From a phage, in the sequence record PZ445405.1: a DNA stretch of 50,126 bases; one strand, given 5' to 3'. The translations under genes were made by a program, and so were the position numbers. A model generated the notes under the pieces. That model worked only from the letters and a program-made list of their open reading frames with translations, was not told the origin of the DNA and searched no databases. Shown one piece after another: positions 17,510 to 26,088 of the stretch (within the stretch, counting starts at the first letter, position 1; every line of letters starts with the position of its first letter).

Positions 17510-20500
17510 ATGGCTGAAGAGATTAAGATTTATGGTGCCAAGGGTGGTAGCCAGAAGCAGCATCAACCAGTAGAGCAGGAAGATAACCTGATTTCGTTAA
17601 ACAAGGTTAAGGTTCTTTTGGCGGTTGCTGACGGAGAGGTGGATCCAAACTTCTCAATGAAGGATTTATACCTTGCTGACGTTCCAGTACAAAATCAGAA
17701 TGGCACCTACAACTATGAAGGAGTTCGAGCTGAGTTCCGCTCTGGTACGCAGTATCAGGATTACATCGCTGGGCTTGACGGTGCTAACTCAGAGATTCAG
17801 GCTTCACGTGAAATCACGAACGACACCCCGTACATTATTGCGGTTAACAATACTCAGCTATCAGCAATTAGAGTTAAGCTATTTTGGCCTCGGCTGGTTA
17901 AGCAAGAAAGCAACGGAGACCTGAACGGAACTACTTGCGAGTACGCAATTGACCTTTCTGTTAATGGTGGCGCTTATCAGGAATACACTCGCGGAGTTGC
18001 AAACGGGAAGACAACTACGGGTTACGACCGCAGTATTCGTGTAAACCTTCCAGCTGAATTTGATAGCGCACTGGTTCGAATTCGCAAGATTACAGCAGAT
18101 TCAACAAGTAGCACGCTGGTTAATGGAATGCAGATTACAACCTATCAGGAAGTAATTGACGCTAAATTCCGCTACCCGCTTACTGCTCTGGTTTATGTTG
18201 AGTTCGGATCTGACCTGTTCCCTAACGGCATCCCGACAATCTCTATAAAGAAGCGCTGGAAGTTGATTCAAGTCCCGACAAACTACGACCCGGAGACCAG
18301 GACTTACAGCGGCACATGGAATGGCCTGTTCAAAATGGCGTGGTCAAACAACCCGGCCTGGGTTCTCTATGACTTAGTGACAAATCGCCGCTACGGCCTT
18401 GACCAGCGAGAGTTGGGTGTAGAGATTGATAAGTGGGGGCTATATGAAGCTGCGCAATTCTGTGACCAGATGGTGCCGGATGGTAAGGGTGGTATGGAGC
18501 CGCGCTACCTGTGCGATATGGTTGTGCAGAATAAAGTTGAGGCCTACACGCTAATTCGTGACATCTGCTCAATCTTCCGTGGACTGACTTTCTATGATGG
18601 CGAAAAGATTGGTATCGTGGTTGATAAGCCTCGAAATACATCTTACATCTTCACGAATGATAACGTTGTAAACGGATTATTCAGCCGAACTTTTGCCAGT
18701 GATAAGAGCCTTTACACTACGGCAAACGTTCAGTTCGATGATGTGGAAAACAACTATCAGCAAGATGTAGAGCCGGTATTCGAGTTGGAGGCTACTCGCA
18801 GATTTGGATTCAATCCAGTCGACCTTACGGCAATCGGATGTACGCGAAGAAGTGAAGCAAACAGGCGCGGCAGATGGCTCCTGAAAACCAACCTGAGAAG
18901 CGAAACTATCAGCTTCACTACCGGGTTGGAAGGCATGATTCCGATGATTGGCGAGGTGATTGCGGTTAATGATGCCGCATGGTCTAGCAACTATCAGCTG
19001 AACCTTTCCGGTCGTATTGAGTCAGTTCAGGGATTGCAGGTTTTTACACCGTTCAAAGTTGACGCTGCGCCGGGCGACAGAATTCTTCTAAACAAGCCTG
19101 ACGGAAGCCCAGAGGCAAGAACTATTGCCAGCGTTTCGGAAGATGGTAGAACAATCAACCTTAACACTGCTTTCAGCTTTGTGGCTCAACCTGATACTGT
19201 TTTTGCAATTGATAAGGACAATCTAGCGCTTCAGCAATATGTTGTGACAGGGATTCAAAAAGCAGACTCTGACGGTTCGGATTCTTTCCAGTATACGATT
19301 ACCGCAGTAGAGTATGACCCGAACAAGTACGACGAGATTGACTACGGCGTTAACATTGCTGACCGTCCAACTTCAATTGTTGAACCTGACAGATTGTCGC
19401 CGCCTGAGAATTTAACAGTATCAAGCTACAGCAAGATTGTTCAGGGCTTATCAGTTGAGACGATGGTTATCGGATGGGATAAGGCGCCATACGCTAAAAC
19501 TTACAACGTTCAATGGAGGAAAGAAAATGGCAACTGGATTAACGTACCCAGAACAGCAAGCACAGAGGTTGATATCGAGGGTATTTACGCAGGAATCTAC
19601 GACGTTAGGATTCGCAGCGTATCAGATACTGAAAACGTGTCCGCCTGGTCTGGCATTGTAACCAAAAGCCTCACCGGAAAGATTGGTAAGCCACCAAAGC
19701 TGCAGGTTATAACGGCGAGTGATGATGAGGTTTTCGGAATTCGAGTTAAATGGGGGTTTGCTGACGGATCTGGTGATACTGCTTACACTGAGCTTCAGCA
19801 AGTGGCTGATAATGGTGATGGTACATACAACCCAGACAGTGCTAGCCTGTTAACTTTGGTCCCATATCCTCAGTATGAATACTGGCACACGCCGATTCAA
19901 CCCGGCAATGTTATATGGTATCGCGCAAGGATTATAGATAGGATTGGTAATACATCTGATTGGACGGACTTCGTCAGAGGGATGAGTACTGATGACGCTC
20001 AGAAGATCGCTGAATATATCAAGGTTGATATCGAGCAGTCTGAAGGATTTAAATACCTACAGCAGAATGCAATTGATAAAAACCAAGACATTCAGAATCA
20101 AGCTGAGGCAATAATCGAGAACGCACTAGCAAATGACTCAGATGTAAGGCGCCAGTCTGTTAAGAATGGGAAATTTACAGCTTCAATAACCGAAAGTCTT
20201 CAGTTGATTGCTGACGAGCAGCAAGCCAGGGTAACTCAGATATCTCAGCTTGAGGCGGATTTTGACGGAAGGGTTAATTCTTTAAACACTGAACTAAGAG
20301 AGGTAATAACAACTGGTGATAGCGCTCTATCAAGATCAATTGATGATTTAAGGGTTGAGATTGACGAGAACATATCATCACAAATAACAAACATAAACAC
20401 GGCTTTAGTAACAGAAGCAGAAGCAAGAGCCACGGCTGACACAGCTTTGTCTGCAAGGCTTGGTCAGAACGAGGCGGCACTAAACCAGAAGCTGGATGCT

Positions 20501-20980
20501 TTCTCTAATGCCACATCAACTGGCGTACAGTACGGAATTAGTCTTGGCCTGAAATACAACGGGCAGACTTATTCATCCGGTATGAGCATGGAGCTCGTTG
20601 GCACTGGTGGCAATGTTCGCAGTCAATTCATTTTTGACGCAAACAGATTCGCAATCAGTAACGGAATTGGTTCTGGTTCCGGTCAGTGGCAACTCCCCTT
20701 TGTTGTTGAGAATGGAAACGTAATCATCCAAAGCGCAGTAATCGGTGATGGATCAATCAGTAACGCGAAGATTGGTAACTTCATTCAGTCCAATAACTAC
20801 GTGGCAGGAAGCAGAGGTTGGAGGATTGATAAGAGTGGTAATGCTGAGATCCGAGGAAAACTTTACGCCAACAGTGGTGAGTTCGCTTTTAACGGAACAA
20901 ACAATACGGTACAGATTAACGGGAACGGAATTACGGTAAACTTACCTGGAGGTGGTAGGGTTGTTGTAGGCACGTTTTAA
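17510..20980 (+). CDS. Central tail fibre / host-specificity protein (lambda gpJ-like)
   Basis: Extensive collinear similarity to lambda J (VPTNYDPETRTYSGTWNG.., GCTRRSEANRRGRWLLKT); start at ATG 17510 with GAGG SD. Confidence 0.9.
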   Translation: MAEEIKIYGAKGGSQKQHQPVEQEDNLISLNKVKVLLAVADGEVDPNFSMKDLYLADVPVQNQNGTYNYEGVRAEFRSGTQYQDYIAGLDGANSEIQASREITNDTPYIIAVNNTQLSAIRVKLFWPRLVKQESNGDLNGTTCEYAIDLSVNGGAYQEYTRGVANGKTTTGYDRSIRVNLPAEFDSALVRIRKITADSTSSTLVNGMQITTYQEVIDAKFRYPLTALVYVEFGSDLFPNGIPTISIKKRWKLIQVPTNYDPETRTYSGTWNGLFKMAWSNNPAWVLYDLVTNRRYGLDQRELGVEIDKWGLYEAAQFCDQMVPDGKGGMEPRYLCDMVVQNKVEAYTLIRDICSIFRGLTFYDGEKIGIVVDKPRNTSYIFTNDNVVNGLFSRTFASDKSLYTTANVQFDDVENNYQQDVEPVFELEATRRFGFNPVDLTAIGCTRRSEANRRGRWLLKTNLRSETISFTTGLEGMIPMIGEVIAVNDAAWSSNYQLNLSGRIESVQGLQVFTPFKVDAAPGDRILLNKPDGSPEARTIASVSEDGRTINLNTAFSFVAQPDTVFAIDKDNLALQQYVVTGIQKADSDGSDSFQYTITAVEYDPNKYDEIDYGVNIADRPTSIVEPDRLSPPENLTVSSYSKIVQGLSVETMVIGWDKAPYAKTYNVQWRKENGNWINVPRTASTEVDIEGIYAGIYDVRIRSVSDTENVSAWSGIVTKSLTGKIGKPPKLQVITASDDEVFGIRVKWGFADGSGDTAYTELQQVADNGDGTYNPDSASLLTLVPYPQYEYWHTPIQPGNVIWYRARIIDRIGNTSDWTDFVRGMSTDDAQKIAEYIKVDIEQSEGFKYLQQNAIDKNQDIQNQAEAIIENALANDSDVRRQSVKNGKFTASITESLQLIADEQQARVTQISQLEADFDGRVNSLNTELREVITTGDSALSRSIDDLRVEIDENISSQITNINTALVTEAEARATADTALSARLGQNEAALNQKLDAFSNATSTGVQYGISLGLKYNGQTYSSGMSMELVGTGGNVRSQFIFDANRFAISNGIGSGSGQWQLPFVVENGNVIIQSAVIGDGSISNAKIGNFIQSNNYVAGSRGWRIDKSGNAEIRGKLYANSGEFAFNGTNNTVQINGNGITVNLPGGGRVVVGTF

Positions 20981-21010
20981 AACAAAAGCCCCGAAAGGGG
21001 CTTTATCTTT
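20977..21010. terminator. Bidirectional terminator between convergent J (+) and the 311-aa gene (-)
   Basis: AGCCCC-gaaa-GGGGCT flanked by an A-run upstream and T-rich sequence downstream. Confidence 0.6.
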
Positions 21011-21944
21011 AATACATATCAGGAAGGTAAGGAAGAGGAATGCCAAGTGTAACGTCTGGCCTATTTCCAATTTCATATCTAACTATCCTTGTGCCCGTGC
21101 CGCTCCTTACATTACCACCAGACATTACCACACCTTTGTTTCTTAGCTCCTTGTATGCAGGTATTGCTCTTGTGTTAAACCCACACCTAAGTATTGGAAA
21201 GTATGAGTTTCCTATACTCTGGTTTGAGCTCGTCAAGGTCCTGAACCCAGAAACAACAAGAGGCCTTGTTAATGTTGAAAAAGTACACTGATTGTTAGAG
21301 TTGAATATGTTTATGCCAGGCCCTGGGGTTGGAGCAACCTGCTGAAATATTATTAGATCAAGAGTTACGCTACCAGGGGTATCTCCAGTATCTTCTGTAT
21401 TTATATTCGTGCAATATAGAGTTCTGTCACCATCAAACTCAACTGAGACACCTGAGTTATTCCACTTCCCAAAAGGTATTCCAGCTATTGGCATTGTATA
21501 GCTGTTTGTGAATGATACGGTTGCTGAAAATTTGCAAGTAAGAAGCCTATCCCTTGTTGTTATAGAGGCGAAATCAGTACTATCAGCAACGTATATACCT
21601 TGCCCAGTTGACGCTCTCAATACTTCCACTACAGTTCCAGAGAACTGCGTAATACGGTCATTATAAGCATTCTCCCCACCAATAGTTATCGTCCCCTGAG
21701 TATTGGTTGCTGAAAATCCATTTATATAATAAATCTCAACCCCCCTATCAAGTTCAAAGCTATAGGCACCATTTCTTGGTAGTAAGAATTTTGATGAGCC
21801 ATCGCTACCAGTTATTGGGAATGTCTTTGTAAATCCTCCGCTAGAAACGTTGAAGTTACCAGCAAAAGACAACCCCCTCATCCCTGAGGTTATCATCATT
21901 GGGTTTCTACCATCATTCAGATCTATATATATACCTTGGGCCAT
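21009..21944 (-). CDS. Hypothetical 311-aa Gly/Ser/Thr/Asn-rich protein; candidate receptor-binding or tail accessory protein
   Basis: ATG overlaps the TAA of the upstream lipoprotein gene (TAATG); SD AAGGAG; location just downstream of J. Confidence 0.5.
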   Translation of the reverse strand: MAQGIYIDLNDGRNPMMITSGMRGLSFAGNFNVSSGGFTKTFPITGSDGSSKFLLPRNGAYSFELDRGVEIYYINGFSATNTQGTITIGGENAYNDRITQFSGTVVEVLRASTGQGIYVADSTDFASITTRDRLLTCKFSATVSFTNSYTMPIAGIPFGKWNNSGVSVEFDGDRTLYCTNINTEDTGDTPGSVTLDLIIFQQVAPTPGPGINIFNSNNQCTFSTLTRPLVVSGFRTLTSSNQSIGNSYFPILRCGFNTRAIPAYKELRNKGVVMSGGNVRSGTGTRIVRYEIGNRPDVTLGIPLPYLPDMY

Positions 21945-22174
21945 TAATTCCACTCCTTAGAGCCATGATCACGAACAGATCCGCTAGAGCCTTTAATTCC
22001 ATCGTAACGAACATCAACCTCGCCAGCCGGAACAACTACACCACCCTTCCATTTAGCTACGCATACGCCGTTAGCTTGAGTTGCACACCAACCATCCGGG
22101 CGAGGACCCGATGAACAACCTACTGTCATGATTACTACTGCGGCGATGATTGCTGATTTGATTAAGTTAGTCAT
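21944..22174 (-). CDS. Small lipoprotein (76 aa); candidate superinfection-exclusion lipoprotein (Llp/Cor-like role)
   Basis: Signal peptide ending in the lipobox-compatible MTVGC; cassette-driven; translationally coupled to the 311-aa ORF. Confidence 0.5.
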   Translation of the reverse strand: MTNLIKSAIIAAVVIMTVGCSSGPRPDGWCATQANGVCVAKWKGGVVVPAGEVDVRYDGIKGSSGSVRDHGSKEWN

Positions 22175-22258
22175 TTTGTATTCCTTAGTAAGTTCGTTTC
22201 GTTTCGATGGAGTAATAGTATCGCATCCTTGCGATCAGTGTTTAGCAATTCGTGCTAT
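22175..22258 (-). promoter_or_regulatory. Canonical promoter cassette on the minus strand (box at 22241-22258)
   Basis: Reverse complement reads ATAGCACGAATTGCTAAA, 22 bp, TACTAT, CATCGAAACGAAACG; the box also encodes the C-terminus (NSTNC) and stop of the upstream gene. Confidence 0.55.
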
Positions 22259-22931
22259 TCGCCAAGAATACAGCTCTTGCAAATCCACGAGGTGTAAGGC
22301 TGCGAATTACCTTTGTCTTCTTGCTCTTGCCGCCAAGTTTCTTGTATTGGTCAGAGAAACCACCATCAACCTCCACAGGAATCGCCTCAGGCCATCTAAA
22401 CCCATTACCAGACCAAATACATGTCTTTTTAGGGTATGCATCTCTTGGCTTTATTAGGTCTCTAAAAAACGGGTGTAAATCATCTTCCGGCAAATATCCA
22501 CCGTACTCATATGGATGGAAAGTGTTATCAGGTTTTCGCCAAAGTGATGAAAGTACGCTGATTGGGTTTTCAATCATGTATGGCACCTCGTACTTTTCAG
22601 CCAGGTTGAAAGCAAACTTGCAAGTCTCTGCCGCCTCAATTTGAAAATTAGGATTGGCAAGACGCTTACGCTCGAAGTGTCTTGAGCCGCTCACCGCTAA
22701 ATCCGTACAAGGCGGGAATGCTAAAATGAAATCAGGCTTCACATCGAAATCGAAGTCAGCATCTATCCAGGTGTTAACGTAGGTAATATTCTCATGCTCA
22801 ACTTTTGCGTTTAAGTCACCGTAGCTCCCGTGGTCTGACTCATCAAAGTTGAAGCAGTAGCAAGTGTGACCAGCTTCAGCCCAATCTTTTACCGCCAGAC
22901 CAGAACCATCAAATAAAGACCAGATAACCAT
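22242..22931 (-). CDS. Short DNA C5-cytosine methyltransferase-like protein (229 aa)
   Basis: Motif I-like LFDGSG, catalytic motif IV-like FPPC, motif VI-like ENPIS; too short for a canonical C5-methyltransferase. Confidence 0.4.
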   Translation of the reverse strand: MVIWSLFDGSGLAVKDWAEAGHTCYCFNFDESDHGSYGDLNAKVEHENITYVNTWIDADFDFDVKPDFILAFPPCTDLAVSGSRHFERKRLANPNFQIEAAETCKFAFNLAEKYEVPYMIENPISVLSSLWRKPDNTFHPYEYGGYLPEDDLHPFFRDLIKPRDAYPKKTCIWSGNGFRWPEAIPVEVDGGFSDQYKKLGGKSKKTKVIRSLTPRGFARAVFLANSTNC

Positions 22932-23003
22932 ATTAAAACCCCTCTCGTTAAAGTGCGGCGATTATACCGCGCAAAATTTATTGTTCTTTGGCAATTCGTG
23001 CCA
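22932..23003 (-). promoter_or_regulatory. Promoter cassette variant on the minus strand (box TGGCAcgaatTGCCA, 22 bp, TATAAT, leader AACGAGAGGGG)
   Basis: Perfect palindrome variant of the box; -10 TATAAT (rc of 22961-22966); upstream stop codon abuts the box. Confidence 0.55.
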
Positions 23004-23005
23004 TA

Positions 23006-23212
23006 TCAGATTTTAAATTCTTCATAGTTGTTGTTGATAATCAGGCAGTGATAACGGATCAATTCAATGCGTCTCTCTCCGTGATTTAAAGCATTCTCGG
23101 CGCATCTTTCCTGATACTCAGCCCAAGCCTTATCTCGGTCTATTGTTGGCTCCGTGGCGATTCTGAGGCCCTTTGGTGTGGTGATTACTACCTGATAGAG
23201 TAAGTTGCTCAT
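23006..23212 (-). CDS. Hypothetical protein (68 aa)
   Basis: ORF in a minus-strand operon downstream of the Rha-like gene. Confidence 0.4.
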   Translation of the reverse strand: MSNLLYQVVITTPKGLRIATEPTIDRDKAWAEYQERCAENALNHGERRIELIRYHCLIINNNYEEFKI

Positions 23213-23223
23213 TTCATATCTCC

Positions 23224-23493
23224 TTAATGGATATTTTCGCAGCCAGGTAGGGACTTAACATTGTAATGTCGATAAGCGAATATCAAGTTAAGGGCTTGCT
23301 CGCCTGTGCACTTAAGAGCGCCAGAGATAATCAGTGAAGACTCAGCAATGTGATTCATTAACTCATTTCTGACAGGGTCGTCATCTGCCATTAACTCTGC
23401 GTGCTTAACAAAAAGAGCGTTGTTTACCAGGATGGTCACAACCTTTTCATTGAGTTCTTTCTTCGCTTTCGCAATCTCTTTCTCGTAGTTCAT
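23224..23493 (-). CDS. Hypothetical protein (89 aa)
   Basis: ORF in the minus-strand operon; nearly abuts the upstream gene. Confidence 0.4.
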   Translation of the reverse strand: MNYEKEIAKAKKELNEKVVTILVNNALFVKHAELMADDDPVRNELMNHIAESSLIISGALKCTGEQALNLIFAYRHYNVKSLPGCENIH

Positions 23494-23494
23494 C

Positions 23495-24136
23495 TTATAC
23501 CACCTTATTTTCGATTTGCATTACGTTATTAACTGCCAGCATAACATTTCGATTCTGCTGCTGCGTTGTAACTACAAAAGACTCCATCTTAATCCGATCT
23601 AAATCTTTTTCCGCACCCTCTCGGGTTAATTGCATTACCCGGTCATGGTTATATTTTTCCAATTCCGTCAACCCCACCTTATCTTCAAGCTTCCAGCAGT
23701 ACACCTGCATTTCACTATATATTTTAGAGTTTACAGCCATTTGGCCTTGCATGCTATGAATGTGGTTATCTTTCTCTTTAATGATTTTCTCGTAATGTGC
23801 CACGATGTTTAGATTTCCAACAGCTTCGATCTTTGACTCAAGTTCATGAAGCCTTCGGATTACTTTATGGCGAAGTGCGACGCTGTATCCGGTGATTAGC
23901 GTTTCGGTAAGTTCCTTGTTAAGCAAAATCTCTGATGTATAGCCACGAACGTCAGTAAGTACTTGATAATCATCATGACTCAAATCTGAGTCATCGTTAT
24001 AATGTAACAATTCATCGATCATTTCTTGAGCGTCCCTCACGACGTTGCCATGTCGCTTTCCGGTTAATTCGGCAACTTCCTTTGTGCTCATCATTGCTTT
24101 TGGTTGTTCTTTGTACACTTTAATATTCATTTTCAT
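23495..24136 (-). CDS. Rha-family phage regulatory protein (putative)
   Basis: N-terminal motif STKEVAELTGKRHGNVVRD typical of the Rha domain; start ambiguous (24136, 24130 or 24172). Confidence 0.55.
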   Translation of the reverse strand: MKMNIKVYKEQPKAMMSTKEVAELTGKRHGNVVRDAQEMIDELLHYNDDSDLSHDDYQVLTDVRGYTSEILLNKELTETLITGYSVALRHKVIRRLHELESKIEAVGNLNIVAHYEKIIKEKDNHIHSMQGQMAVNSKIYSEMQVYCWKLEDKVGLTELEKYNHDRVMQLTREGAEKDLDRIKMESFVVTTQQQNRNVMLAVNNVMQIENKVV

Positions 24137-24172
24137 CTCTCTTCTGTTTTTCATGACCCAAATCTGGATCAT

Positions 24173-24276
24173 GATTTGATGTTCGGCCTGAAATTCAGGT
24201 TGGATGACGACACCATTGCCGCCATGCGCCTAAATATAACTAAAGATACCCAGTTGTCTTTAGCAATTAGTGCTAT
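24173..24276 (-). promoter_or_regulatory. Promoter cassette on the minus strand (box at 24259-24276, centre CTAAT; -10 TATATT)
   Basis: Reverse complement ATAGCACTAATTGCTAAA followed 22 bp later by TATATT; long leader with a possible 18-codon upstream ORF. Confidence 0.45.
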
Positions 24277-24299
24277 TTATCGCCAATTCCACCATAAAT

Positions 24300-24640
24300 C
24301 ACAGTTACACGTAACCGATGTAACTCGATGTATACAATCTCGTCCGCGGAAAATGGTATACGCCCTGTTACGCCTGGTTACGCTATAGTTACATTAAAAT
24401 ATCTATATATATCAACCTTTTACTCTTATTATTATTATTATATATATTACTATGTATATCATGTAACTACTTCTATGGAGTGTTCCGGTTGTAATTTTAA
24501 TATCATGTGGATTTATACAGTATCTAACAATCAGCATAGCAACGCACCCTCCTTGAAGAATGGTATACACGATATACACGCTGGTTACATTGAGCTATAG
24601 CTGGTCTGGGGTGCCAAAAAGCGTAACTAGTGGCAGTGCC
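24300..24640. repeat. Iteron plus microsatellite control region A (paralog of region B at 42866-43200)
   Basis: CGATGTA x2 at 10-bp spacing (24316, 24326), GTTACGC x2 at 10-bp spacing (24367, 24377), (TA)n 24394-24402, (TTA)5 24426-24440, palindrome AGCTATAGCT 24593-24602; same motif order as region B. Confidence 0.7.
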
Positions 24641-24714
24641 TACACGGAATTACAAGGATTCACGCGTAAACTTAATAAATTGATAGGCACAAACGATATG
24701 ACTTATCACCTCCT

Positions 24715-24763
24715 AGTGCATATAGTTATCTCATCGAAAGCAAACAACCAGAGAGATAAAGAA
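24715..24763 (+). promoter_or_regulatory. Box-less cassette variant (TATAGT 24721-24726 plus conserved leader CATCGAAAGC)
   Basis: -10-like element and leader match the cassette family but no palindromic box lies 22 bp upstream. Confidence 0.4.
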
Positions 24764-24958
24764 ATGACCTACTACATTATCAAAGAGAAAAACAACGCAC
24801 TGTTCGGTGACTGCTACTTTGGTGGCCCTGCCGGATACACAACGGATAAGAACGAGGCTGACAGATTCGAGACTAAAGAAGAAGCCCGAGATGTGCTGAC
24901 TGGTTACTTCACAGTAGAAGATATGAAATCGGTTAAGGTTGTTGAGGTGAAGGAATAA
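24764..24958 (+). CDS. Hypothetical small protein (64 aa)
   Basis: ATG with SD GAGAG downstream of the leader; motif GDCYFGGPAGYTTD. Confidence 0.4.
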   Translation: MTYYIIKEKNNALFGDCYFGGPAGYTTDKNEADRFETKEEARDVLTGYFTVEDMKSVKVVEVKE

Positions 24959-24961
24959 AAT

Positions 24962-25927
24962 ATGAGCTTTAAAGTTTTTACGCGAGAGGAACTAAGCAAC
25001 GAGGCTTATCATAACGAGACTGAGCATATATCAGGCAGTTCAATTGTCGAGATTATCCAGGGCTCTCCGGCTAAGTGGAAGTTTAAACAGCGTAATAATG
25101 ATAGCAAGGCTCTTAAGTTCGGAACGCTGAGTCACACATACATCCTAGAGGGTGACGTGTTTGATAAAGAATACCTGAGAGCAACTGACCTTGACTCAAT
25201 TGAAGGATTGATTACCAGCCAAACCGGTTTGGCTGCGGCACTTAAGAAAGTTGGTGTGGCTGGCACGTCAGGGAAGGGGTATGGCGAGCTTGTAGAGATG
25301 ATGTATCGCTCTGGTGAGGATTGGCCTGTTAAATGGCTAATTGAGCAGAAGGAGAGCGCTCAGGCGCTTGTGGAGGGTAAGGAGTTAGTTAGCGCAGCGG
25401 ACTACGACAAAGTGGTGGCGATGCGTGAGGTTCTTTGCAATATTCCGGCATACGATAAGATTGTTAATAGTGAGACGGCGCAGAAGGAGTTATCAATCTT
25501 CGGTGAGATTCTAGGCGTTGGCGTTAAGATTCGAATCGACCATGTTGACGTTATTGATGGAGTCGTTCGGATCACAGACTATAAAACGACAGCGGACGCA
25601 AGCCCTGAGGGATTTGGCAAATCGGCATTCTCGCACGGGTACCTTGCAAAAATGTCGCTTCAGCGCGATCTGTTTGTGAAGGCATTCAACGAGAAGCGAA
25701 AGGTTGTTGTGGGATTGTTAGCACAGGAGAAGGTAGAGCCATACTTACCAATGCTTTACACCTTGACGGACGAGCAGTTACGAATTGGTAGGTTGCAGTA
25801 TCTTGAGGCGTTGGCCACTTATAAGAAGTGCAAGGAGCTAGATATCTGGCCGGGGTACTCGAATGGGATTACAGAGCAAGAGCTACTAGTTCCTGAGTGG
25901 GCACTGAAACAATACAAAGAAATATAA
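24962..25927 (+). CDS. PD-(D/E)XK-family nuclease, putative recombination exonuclease
   Basis: Motifs IDHVDVIDG and ITDYKT (D..D.K core); genomic context with Erf and SSB. Confidence 0.5.
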   Translation: MSFKVFTREELSNEAYHNETEHISGSSIVEIIQGSPAKWKFKQRNNDSKALKFGTLSHTYILEGDVFDKEYLRATDLDSIEGLITSQTGLAAALKKVGVAGTSGKGYGELVEMMYRSGEDWPVKWLIEQKESAQALVEGKELVSAADYDKVVAMREVLCNIPAYDKIVNSETAQKELSIFGEILGVGVKIRIDHVDVIDGVVRITDYKTTADASPEGFGKSAFSHGYLAKMSLQRDLFVKAFNEKRKVVVGLLAQEKVEPYLPMLYTLTDEQLRIGRLQYLEALATYKKCKELDIWPGYSNGITEQELLVPEWALKQYKEI

Positions 25928-26002
25928 ATAGCACGAATTGCTAAAGACAAAATTAACGAGTGGGGTATGATTGCCCCATCAACAACGAACGAGGTTAAAA
26001 TT
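25928..26002 (+). promoter_or_regulatory. Canonical promoter cassette (box 25928-25945, TATGAT 25966-25971, leader CATCAACAACGAACGAGG)
   Basis: Box overlaps the stop of the upstream gene; 22-bp spacing conserved. Confidence 0.55.
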
Positions 26003-26077
26003 ATGAATCTTCACCCATTTACATATATCCACATTACTGCTTGGATCGGTTTGTTCATTTACTTATTCAATCGATAA
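26003..26077 (+). CDS. Possible 24-codon hydrophobic leader peptide (MNLHPFTYIHITAWIGLFIYLFNR)
   Basis: Short ORF between the cassette and the Erf gene; its stop overlaps the Erf SD. Confidence 0.2.
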   Translation: MNLHPFTYIHITAWIGLFIYLFNR

Positions 26078-26088
26078 GGATTTTAAAG

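Noticed and set aside
21009-24172. Lysogeny module (integrase, repressor, att site) near the Rha-like gene
   Set aside because: No integrase-like or CI-like ORF and no tRNA-associated att-like repeat found anywhere in the window; a Rha-family protein alone does not indicate temperate lifestyle.
24328-24600. ORF encoding poly-Tyr/Ile peptide (YYYYIYYYVY)
   Set aside because: Artifact of translating the (TAT)n/(TA)n microsatellite in region A; no SD and low-complexity product. The same applies to ORF 42968-43174 (poly-Ile) in region B.
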